From the sequence record MF044457: DNA of 64,000 nucleotides, one strand, 5' to 3'. How positions within the stretch are numbered: position 1 is the first letter of the stretch; each line of letters starts with the position of its first letter. The stretch comes from Escherichia phage ST0. Below are positions 54,757 through 64,000 of this stretch, piece after piece. A program made the translations under genes and the position numbers. The notes beneath the pieces were generated by a model. The model ran no database searches and was not told the origin of the DNA. It saw only the letters and a program-made list of their open reading frames with translations.

Positions 54757-55011
54757 ATGATTTTACGTTTTATTAATTCATATGGCACCACAATTTTTGA
54801 AATGAAAAATCCTACCGAACTGGATATCCCTTCACCGAATAGTGAAATCACAGTTAAAGGTGAACGATTCATTTGCTATTCACATGAACGAATTTATGAC
54901 TATCGTGAATTTTGTGGTGGTTACGGTATAGAAAAAGAACCGTTGGTTTATTTCGATATCACAGTCTTGACACCTAAAGAATACGAAGAAATTATTGCTG
55001 AGGATAATTAA
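54757..55011 (+). CDS. hypothetical small protein
   Basis: ORF track 84 aa. Confidence 0.4.
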   Translation: MILRFINSYGTTIFEMKNPTELDIPSPNSEITVKGERFICYSHERIYDYREFCGGYGIEKEPLVYFDITVLTPKEYEEIIAEDN

Positions 55012-55098
55012 CGCTTCAGTTTAAAAGTGTATAATAAATTAACGGGATAAATACTATCCCGTTTGGAGTAATGTCTATCAACCTATACTGAGGACTAT

Positions 55099-57354
55099 AT
55101 GCAAGTAACTAAGAGCAGTGGTGTATCCCAAAATTTTGATGCACAGAAAATTATTCAAGTCTTAACTTGGCAATGTGAAGGAACACAAATTGACCCATAT
55201 GAATTGTACGAAGAAATTAAGACCCATCTTGTTGACGGGATGAGCACCAAAGATATCCAGAAGATTTGTATTAAAGTTGCAGCTAACTCGATTTCTGTCG
55301 AAGAACCTGATTATCAGTATGTCGCCGCCAAAGGGCTAATGTTTGCACTCCGTAAAGATGTATACGGACAGTTTGAACCGCCTGCTTTTATCGACCATAT
55401 TTCTTATTGTGTTAATGAAGGCAAATACGACCCTGAGTTGTTGTCTAGATATTCTGCAGAAGAAATCATTTATCTTGATTCTCAGATTAAACATGAGCGA
55501 GATTTTGACCTGACTTATGCTGGTGCTATGCAGCTTAAAGAAAAATATCTAGTTAAAGATAAAACAACTGGGAAGATTTATGAAACTCCCCAGTTTGCTA
55601 TCATGGCTATTGGCATGGCCTTACATCAAGACGAAACTCATGACCGTTTGAAACATATTATTCGTTTTTATGATGCCGTTTCTACTCATCAAGTTTCATT
55701 GCCTACCCCAATTATGGCAGGTGCTCGTACTCCGACTCGCCAGTTCTCTAGTTGTGTAGTTATTGAAGCAGGTGATTCGTTAAAATCTATTAACAAAACT
55801 TCAGCATCAATTATTGAATATATTTCTAAACGAGCTGGTATCGGTATCAACGTTGGTATGCTTCGTGCAGAAGGTTCTAAGATCGGTATGGGTGAAGTTC
55901 GACATACAGGTGTTATTCCATTCTGGAAACATTTCCAAACTGCAGTAAAATCTTGTTCTCAAGGTGGTATTCGTGGTGGTGCTGCTACAGCGTATTATCC
56001 GATGTGGCACTTAGAAGTAGAGAACCTATTAGTTCTGAAAAATAACAAAGGCGTGGATGAAAACCGTATTCGACATATGGACTACGGAATTCAGATTAAT
56101 GACCTTATGATGGAACGCCTTGGTAAAAATGATTATATTACTTTATTTAGCCCTCACGAAATGTCAGGCGAACTATACTACTCGTTCTTTGAAGATCAAG
56201 ATAAATTCCGTGAGCTTTATGAGAAAGCTGAAAAAGACCCGACAATCAGAAAGAAAAGAATCAAAGCACTAGAACTCTTTGAATTGTTCATGACTGAACG
56301 TTCTGGCACTGCTCGAATTTATCCACAATTCGTTGATAACACGAATAACTACACTCCGTTTATTCGCGAAAAAGCTCCAATTCGTCAGAGTAACTTATGT
56401 TGTGAAATCGCTATTCCGACTAATGACGTGAATGGTCCTGATGCTGAAATTGGTTTATGCACATTATCTGCTTTTGTATTAGATAAATTTGATTGGCAAG
56501 ACCAAGATAAAATTAATGAACTTGCTGAAGTACAAGTACGTGCACTTGATAACCTGTTAGACTATCAAGATTATCCGGTTCCAGAAGCTTTAAAAGCTAA
56601 AAAGCGACGTAACTTGGGTATTGGTGTTACGAACTATGCCGCATGGTTAGCTTCTAACTTTGCTTCATATGAAGACGCTAACGATTTGACTCATGAATTG
56701 TTTGAGAGATTGCAATATGGCCTTATCAAAGCTTCAATCAAACTCGCCAAAGAAAAAGGACCTTGTGAGTATTATTCAGACACTAAATGGTCTAGAGGCG
56801 AATTACCTATCGACTGGTACAATAAAAAGATTGACCAAATCGCAGCCCCGAACTACGTCTGTGACTGGGAAGAACTTCGAGCTGAACTCAAAGAACATGG
56901 AATTCGTAACTCAACGTTGTCTGCACTCATGCCTTGTGAGTCAAGCAGTCAAGTATCGAACTCTACAAACGGTATCGAACCTCCGCGCGGTCCAGTAAGT
57001 ATTAAAGAATCTAAAGAAGGCAACTTCCGTCAGGTTGTTCCTAATATAGAACATAACATGGGTCTTTATGACTACGCGTGGAAACTTGCTAAGAAAGGTA
57101 ATAAACCTTATTTGACCCAAGTTGCTATCATGTTGAAATGGGTGTGCCAATCTGCTTCTGCTAATACTTACTATGACCCTGCAGTATTTGAGAAAGGTAA
57201 AGTGCCAATGTCAGTAATGCTTGACGATCTGCTTTACTTCTGGTACTTTGGCGGAAAAAACCTCTACTATCATAACACTCGTGATGGGTCAGGTACAGAT
57301 GACTATGAATTAGAAACACCTAAAGCTGAAGATTGTTCTGCTTGTAAGCTTTAA
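55099..57354 (+). CDS. nrdA: NrdA ribonucleotide reductase class Ia large subunit
   Basis: 751 aa; active-site region SNLCCEIAIP, C-terminal Cys pair CSACKL; ATP-cone N-terminus. Confidence 0.95.
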   Translation: MQVTKSSGVSQNFDAQKIIQVLTWQCEGTQIDPYELYEEIKTHLVDGMSTKDIQKICIKVAANSISVEEPDYQYVAAKGLMFALRKDVYGQFEPPAFIDHISYCVNEGKYDPELLSRYSAEEIIYLDSQIKHERDFDLTYAGAMQLKEKYLVKDKTTGKIYETPQFAIMAIGMALHQDETHDRLKHIIRFYDAVSTHQVSLPTPIMAGARTPTRQFSSCVVIEAGDSLKSINKTSASIIEYISKRAGIGINVGMLRAEGSKIGMGEVRHTGVIPFWKHFQTAVKSCSQGGIRGGAATAYYPMWHLEVENLLVLKNNKGVDENRIRHMDYGIQINDLMMERLGKNDYITLFSPHEMSGELYYSFFEDQDKFRELYEKAEKDPTIRKKRIKALELFELFMTERSGTARIYPQFVDNTNNYTPFIREKAPIRQSNLCCEIAIPTNDVNGPDAEIGLCTLSAFVLDKFDWQDQDKINELAEVQVRALDNLLDYQDYPVPEALKAKKRRNLGIGVTNYAAWLASNFASYEDANDLTHELFERLQYGLIKASIKLAKEKGPCEYYSDTKWSRGELPIDWYNKKIDQIAAPNYVCDWEELRAELKEHGIRNSTLSALMPCESSSQVSNSTNGIEPPRGPVSIKESKEGNFRQVVPNIEHNMGLYDYAWKLAKKGNKPYLTQVAIMLKWVCQSASANTYYDPAVFEKGKVPMSVMLDDLLYFWYFGGKNLYYHNTRDGSGTDDYELETPKAEDCSACKL

Positions 57355-57407
57355 GACTTTTTATTATAATTTACTCATGGATGAGTTAAACTAAGTGAGA
57401 AAATATA

Positions 57408-58586
57408 ATGAGTACAGTTTTTAACACACAACAAGTCGATGTTTTGAATGAACCGATGTTCTTTGGTTCTGGTCTTGGTATTGCGCGTTATGATATTCAA
57501 CGCCATAAAGTTTTTGAAGATTTGACCGAAAAGCAATTATCATTTTTTTGGCGCCCAGAAGAGGTAAACTTGATGTTGGACTCTGCGCAGTTCAATAAGC
57601 TTCCTCAGTTCCAACAGGACATCTTTACAAACAATCTTAAGTATCAATCATTATTAGATTCTATCCAAGGCAGGGCCCCGTCTGCGGTACTTATGGCACT
57701 GATTTCTGACCCTTCATTAGATACATGGGTTGCAACATGGACATTCAGTGAAACTATTCACTCTCGTTCGTATACTCATATTATGCGAAATCTTTATACT
57801 GATCCATCCAAAGTATTTGATGAGATTGTATTAGACGAAGCAATCATGAAACGAGCTGAATCAATAGGTAAATATTACGATGATGTTCTGGTTAAAACTC
57901 GTTATTGGGAAAACGCTAAAGCTGATATCGAATACCAAAAAGAAATTAATGCAGACGAAGACGTTATTGAAGATGCTATTGAGCATGAGACATATTGGAA
58001 GCGTGAGCTAATGAAATCTCTTTATCTCTGTTTGCATGTTATCAACGCCTTAGAAGCTATTCGTTTTTACGTATCATTTGCATGTACCTTTAACTTCCAT
58101 AAAAACATGGAAATTATGGAAGGTAATGCAAAGATTATGAAGTTCATTGCTCGTGACGAACAACTCCACCTCAAGGGTACTCAGTACATTATCCGTCAAC
58201 TTCAATCTGGTACTGATGGTGATGAGTGGGTTCAAATTGCTAAAGAATGTGAACAGGAAGCAGTTGACATTTTTATGGAAGTAAATAGACAAGAGAAGGA
58301 ATGGGCTGCACATCTCTTTAAAGACGGTACATGCCCAGGTATCAATACACAGAGTATGTGTGCTTTTGTTGATTACTTGACTGTGTCTCGTATGAAACAG
58401 TGTGGTTTGCCATGTCCAATTACTGATGCTCCTACAAAGCATCCGTATCCTTGGATTCGTGAATATCTGAACTCTGATTTAGTTCAAGCAGCTCCTCAGG
58501 AAGTTGAAATCAGTTCTTATCTTGTCGCACAAATTGATAATGATGTAGACCAAAATGTAATCAATTCATACAAAAAATATTTCTAA
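57408..58586 (+). CDS. nrdB: NrdB ribonucleotide reductase small subunit, uninterrupted
   Basis: 392 aa continuous ORF; di-iron ligand regions (TFSETIHSRSY, FIARDEQLHL). Confidence 0.95.
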   Translation: MSTVFNTQQVDVLNEPMFFGSGLGIARYDIQRHKVFEDLTEKQLSFFWRPEEVNLMLDSAQFNKLPQFQQDIFTNNLKYQSLLDSIQGRAPSAVLMALISDPSLDTWVATWTFSETIHSRSYTHIMRNLYTDPSKVFDEIVLDEAIMKRAESIGKYYDDVLVKTRYWENAKADIEYQKEINADEDVIEDAIEHETYWKRELMKSLYLCLHVINALEAIRFYVSFACTFNFHKNMEIMEGNAKIMKFIARDEQLHLKGTQYIIRQLQSGTDGDEWVQIAKECEQEAVDIFMEVNRQEKEWAAHLFKDGTCPGINTQSMCAFVDYLTVSRMKQCGLPCPITDAPTKHPYPWIREYLNSDLVQAAPQEVEISSYLVAQIDNDVDQNVINSYKKYF

Positions 58587-58589
58587 GGA

Positions 58590-58603
58590 CGGGACTTCGG
58601 TCC
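58590..58603 (+). terminator. UUCG-tetraloop hairpin after nrdB
   Basis: GGGAC-TTCG-GTCCC; weak T tract. Confidence 0.5.
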
Positions 58604-58612
58604 CACTTTATT

Positions 58613-59023
58613 ATGAAAGATATTGCCGCCGAATATTCCTTTATTAAATATACAGAATTGGAGCTATTAGAAGATGCAACAATTAAAACAGTTGATGTCC
58701 CTAATAAGAAAAATGTCATATACGCTATTGCTATAGATGACGAACTTGTGTATATTGGTAAAACCAAGAATTTAAAGAAACGCATTAACTATTATCGAAC
58801 AGCCATAAATCGAAAAGACCAGACTTCAGATTCAAGAAAATCTCTTATGATTTTGGATGCCTTAATGCAAGGCAAAAAGGTTGAATTCTGGGCCCGCCAA
58901 TGTTTTGACCTTTCAGTCACCAACGAACTTGGTTCAATGACCATCGCAACAATGGACCTTGAAGAACCGCTTTTTATCAAAAAGTTCAACCCGCCTTGGA
59001 ATATCCAACATAAGAAAAAGTAG
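58613..59023 (+). CDS. denA: DenA endonuclease II (GIY-YIG family)
   Basis: 136 aa; IYAIAIDDELVYIGKTKNLKKRINYYRT carries the GIY-YIG core; C-terminus LFIKKFNPPWNIQHKKK matches remembered T4 EndoII. Confidence 0.85.
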   Translation: MKDIAAEYSFIKYTELELLEDATIKTVDVPNKKNVIYAIAIDDELVYIGKTKNLKKRINYYRTAINRKDQTSDSRKSLMILDALMQGKKVEFWARQCFDLSVTNELGSMTIATMDLEEPLFIKKFNPPWNIQHKKK

Positions 59024-59052
59024 TTTACATACCACAAGGATTGTGGTACAAT
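59023..59052 (+). promoter_or_regulatory. early promoter of rnlA
   Basis: GTTTAC, about 18 bp, TACAAT. Confidence 0.5.
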
Positions 59053-59070
59053 TTAAAAAAAACTAACTGA

Positions 59071-60204
<1,134 letters not shown>

Positions 60205-60206
60205 TG

Positions 60207-60236
60207 GTTTACAAACACCAAGGATGGTGTTACTAT
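60207..60236 (+). promoter_or_regulatory. early promoter
   Basis: GTTTAC, about 18 bp, TACTAT; lies inside the ORF-track start of the next gene. Confidence 0.5.
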
Positions 60237-60266
60237 GGCTTTTATCAACATCACGAGGAGAAAATT

Positions 60267-60767
60267 ATGAATATGCAATTGATTACTAACGATATGGTTG
60301 TGGCAGCATTTGGTGATTCTTCAGATGGAATCAGGGTCTTTAAGAAAGGACGTCCAGTTGGTTATCTTACTGACCTACGTGTTACACTGGCCAAAAATCT
60401 TAAAAAGAAAGTAAAACAAAAAGAGTATTCCACCCGATACGCTGAAGAGAAACGCGAAGCGATGCCGGAAGCAGTTAATGCTATGGTAGAATTTCTTCAA
60501 AACAATTTGTCTAAATACGACGCTAACGTGTTCATTAATATTAGTCAACCAAATGTACATATCGCAGGTATAAAATTCTACATTATTTGCGACCCTCTTA
60601 CCGACAAATTCAACCGCCTCGGAATTTCAAGTCCGTATCATACAGCAGAAGAGTTGTGTGTATTGTTTGAATCGTACAAAATCCAGTGCGATGGTCCGAA
60701 AACCGTTCTTATCAATGGATTATCCCGAGATGAAATCATTGAGATTATTAAAACATGCTTAAAGTAA
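60267..60767 (+). CDS. hypothetical protein at the alc position
   Basis: ORF track 60204..60767; start moved to ATG at 60267 after GAGGAG; 166 aa, same size and position as T4 Alc; no sequence recall. Confidence 0.45.
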   Translation: MNMQLITNDMVVAAFGDSSDGIRVFKKGRPVGYLTDLRVTLAKNLKKKVKQKEYSTRYAEEKREAMPEAVNAMVEFLQNNLSKYDANVFINISQPNVHIAGIKFYIICDPLTDKFNRLGISSPYHTAEELCVLFESYKIQCDGPKTVLINGLSRDEIIEIIKTCLK

Positions 60768-61111
60768 ATCCGATTTATACTATAGTAGCAGCTTTTGCTC
60801 TAGTTTCTACGGTAACAATAGTTGTCTTAAACAACAAAGTTGATTCGTTGAATACTGAATTAGCTTCTGTCAAAGAGACCGCTAAAAACAATGCTAAAGT
60901 ATTAGACGACTTCAAGGTTCAGTATCAGTCAATCGAAGAAATGACTTATAAGAACCGTGTTTTAGTTGACCAACTTAAGGCCGAAAATGAAAAGCTCCGT
61001 AAGGATTCGAAGAAGAAGAACGTGGTGGCGAGTAAGCCAGGATTGGTCGAAAAACAAATCAACAAGTCCTTCGATTCCTTTGCAGAAGACCTCAGGAAGC
61101 TCTCAGAATGA
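60755..61111 (+). CDS. i-spanin-like protein (N-terminal TM helix plus coiled coil)
   Basis: 118 aa; hydrophobic IYTIVAAFALVSTVTIVVL then charged helical region (ENEKLRKDSKKK). Confidence 0.6.
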   Translation: MLKVNPIYTIVAAFALVSTVTIVVLNNKVDSLNTELASVKETAKNNAKVLDDFKVQYQSIEEMTYKNRVLVDQLKAENEKLRKDSKKKNVVASKPGLVEKQINKSFDSFAEDLRKLSE

Positions 61112-61398
61112 TTAAATTAACCGCAGTTGTATTATTTATTGGCATTTTGGCCGGATGTGCCCAGGATGTGCCTTTAAGCCCTAAAGAAACTTTACATCCG
61201 CCATGGCCAGAATCTATTGTTGAATATAACCAGAAATGGCAAGTAAAGGTTATTGATGGTAATCCATGGGTTGGAATGCCATTTGAAGACTCTCAAGAAT
61301 TTCGTATCTGGTTAAACGACGTAAAAAGATATGTACATGACCAGAAGACTATGTTATGTTATTATCGTAGTGGTTTAAAAGAGGAAAAATGCCAATGA
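61108..61398 (+). CDS. o-spanin-like outer-membrane lipoprotein
   Basis: 96 aa; signal peptide with lipobox LAGC; start overlaps the upstream stop (ATGA); several Pro and two C-terminal Cys. Confidence 0.6.
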   Translation: MIKLTAVVLFIGILAGCAQDVPLSPKETLHPPWPESIVEYNQKWQVKVIDGNPWVGMPFEDSQEFRIWLNDVKRYVHDQKTMLCYYRSGLKEEKCQ

Positions 61399-61613
61399 CT
61401 AAAGAACAGCATGAATACATTAAAGGGCTTATCTATGAATCTGAAATGGCGGCCATGATTTACGGGCGACAGATTCAACGATTAGAATCTTTGCCTCCGA
61501 CTAATGACCGCTTGTTAGTTCAGTCTCGTGCTAATCTGAAAAATGAATATCAGAATAAGTGGGCGGTAGCGACTAAAGCTCTTCATGAGTATATTGAATC
61601 TTTAGTAAAATAG
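61389..61613 (+). CDS. hypothetical small protein
   Basis: ORF track 74 aa. Confidence 0.4.
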   Translation: MPMTKEQHEYIKGLIYESEMAAMIYGRQIQRLESLPPTNDRLLVQSRANLKNEYQNKWAVATKALHEYIESLVK

Positions 61614-61642
61614 TTTACAAACTCTCGGGAGCAGAGTATAAT
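61613..61642 (+). promoter_or_regulatory. early promoter, near-duplicate of the one at 33201
   Basis: GTTTAC, about 18 bp, TATAAT inside a GGAGC/GCTCC inverted repeat. Confidence 0.55.
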
Positions 61643-61670
61643 GCTCCTATGGATAATTGAGGAAATCTAA

Positions 61671-61969
61671 ATGAAAACAATACTAGAGAATTACGTCAAA
61701 CGGTCTGATGAGTATATTGATATCTGCCGTGGAATGTCACTTGCCAATTATGACAAAGATGCAGCAAAGGCACTAGATGAAGCAGGTAAAGCTCTTCGTA
61801 AAGCTGCTAAAGAAAAAGGGTTGGATTTGCAACAACTCAAAAGTCATATGATTAAATTTATTTCTTCAAACGTTAGAAGTAAGTCAATTAATAAAAACGT
61901 TGCTGAAATTAATAAAGACCGGCGCGAGCATAACATTCGTATTCTTGAAACTTTCTTAGGAATAAAATA

Positions 61970-61970
<1 letters not shown>
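61671..61970 (+). CDS. hypothetical protein
   Basis: ORF track 99 aa. Confidence 0.4.
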
Positions 61971-63056
<1,086 letters not shown>

Positions 63057-63057
<1 letters not shown>

Positions 63058-63248
63058 TGAAACGATTATATGAAGTGATTGAGGCCATCGAACAGCATAA
63101 AGAATATTTGTTTGTAGTATGGCCTTTAGTAAATGGACGGTTCGGTATTGATGTGCTGGACTATGAACATGAAGAATGGTTGGACGGCGGTATATTTGAT
63201 AACGTCGACCAGGCAATTGAATGGTTAAATGAAAACTATGTACGATAA
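63057..63248 (+). CDS. hypothetical small protein
   Basis: ORF track 63 aa. Confidence 0.35.
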
Positions 63249-63453
63249 ACATCATGAAATCGAAGATGAAGCATACAAAATGCTTCGTAAACTAGTGGGA
63301 CTTAATATGAGTCCTACATTAATCAACAAACTCGCAGGAATTCGTAATGATCTGAATACTCGTTACAAAGGTGAATATCATGTAGAGTTTGTTCCTGTAG
63401 GTGAACCGACCGAGCGATTTGTTGTTCGAGTTAAAGTAAATACTGTACACTGA
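63229..63453 (+). CDS. hypothetical small protein
   Basis: ORF track 74 aa. Confidence 0.35.
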   Translation: MKTMYDKHHEIEDEAYKMLRKLVGLNMSPTLINKLAGIRNDLNTRYKGEYHVEFVPVGEPTERFVVRVKVNTVH

Positions 63454-63460
63454 GGTAATT

Positions 63461-63736
63461 ATGTTCCCAACTTATTCTGAAATTGTAAAGGTAGTCTTCA
63501 GTCAGATTATTGCTAATAATATGTTTGAAGTGCTTGATAATGCAGCCGAACTCAGAGTTCATGCTCAACTAACTCATGTACTCAATGCTTTGCTCCCAGA
63601 CCAAGTAGATTCTATTGCTATTACTCTTCTCCCTGGGTCTGCACACGTCATAGTGGTATTTGATCTTGACGGCGATTTAGTTATCCAATGTGATATCAAT
63701 TTCGGTACACAAAAAATTGAATGCAAAGCAATTTAA
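63461..63736 (+). CDS. hypothetical protein
   Basis: ORF track 91 aa. Confidence 0.4.
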   Translation: MFPTYSEIVKVVFSQIIANNMFEVLDNAAELRVHAQLTHVLNALLPDQVDSIAITLLPGSAHVIVVFDLDGDLVIQCDINFGTQKIECKAI

Positions 63737-63739
63737 TGG

Positions 63740-63770
63740 GTTTACAACATGGTGGAGTTGTGATACTATA
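63740..63770 (+). promoter_or_regulatory. early promoter
   Basis: GTTTAC, 17-19 bp, GATACT/TACTAT. Confidence 0.45.
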
Positions 63771-63797
63771 ACTCTACCAACAAATGAGGAAATAGAA

Positions 63798-64000
63798 ATG
63801 CTAAGTGAAAACCCAATTACAGTACACGAATTTCAGATTAAAGTAAAAGAATTTGCTCAAGCACTCATCAATAAAGTGTCTGAACGTTTCCAAGATGCAA
63901 CATTACGAGTTATTCAAGAATCTCCACGTTCTTTTCTCATAATCGTTAATCCTAAAGATGGTGACCAAATTACTAATCTTAAATTAGGCAGTGATGGTCT
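63798..64000 (+). CDS. hypothetical protein, 5' part only (runs off window end)
   Basis: ATG at 63798 after AATGAGGAAATAGAA; open to the window end. Confidence 0.3.
   Translation, partial: MLSENPITVHEFQIKVKEFAQALINKVSERFQDATLRVIQESPRSFLIIVNPKDGDQITNLKLGSDG

Overview
This window is a segment of a T-even (T4-like, Tevenvirinae) phage genome, read in the reverse-complement orientation relative to the usual T4 map. Most long ORFs are recognisable from remembered T4 protein sequences, not from any search. Order on the + strand: 3' end of DNA polymerase gene 43 (its C-terminal tail matches the clamp-binding peptide I recall for RB69), then a non-T4 sugar-nucleotide cassette (SIS isomerase, nucleotidyltransferase-kinase fusion, HAD phosphatase, Cys-rich U32-like protein), a divergent gene-42-like hydroxymethylase, two unknown ORFs at the beta-glucosyltransferase locus, uvsX, 40, 41, a hypervariable block of small early genes, primase 61, dCTPase 56, soc, two ModA/ModB-like ADP-ribosyltransferases, srd-like, dda, dexA, three tandem paralogs, fused topoisomerase 39/60, a GT-B-like glycosyltransferase, rIIA, rIIB, ndd, 52, motA, asiA. 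On the - strand: holin t, 38, 37, 36, 35, 34. Back on the + strand: rnh, dsbA, 33, 59, 32, frd, td, nrdA, nrdB, denA, rnlA, alc-like, spanin pair, pseT. About twenty sigma70-type early promoters (GTTTAC, 17-18 bp, TATAAT-like), several late promoters (TATAAATA), one MotA-box middle promoter and many UUCG-tetraloop terminators are visible. No tRNA, rRNA, CRISPR array, intron, homing endonuclease or transposon was seen. The main candidate for a new system is the donor-synthesis cassette plus the separately located glycosyltransferase, which together look like a phage pathway for pentosylation (probably arabinosylation) of hydroxymethylcytosine DNA; this is inference from domain motifs only. Promoter and terminator coordinates are hand-counted and may be off by a base or two; starts adjusted from the ORF track are noted in the evidence.
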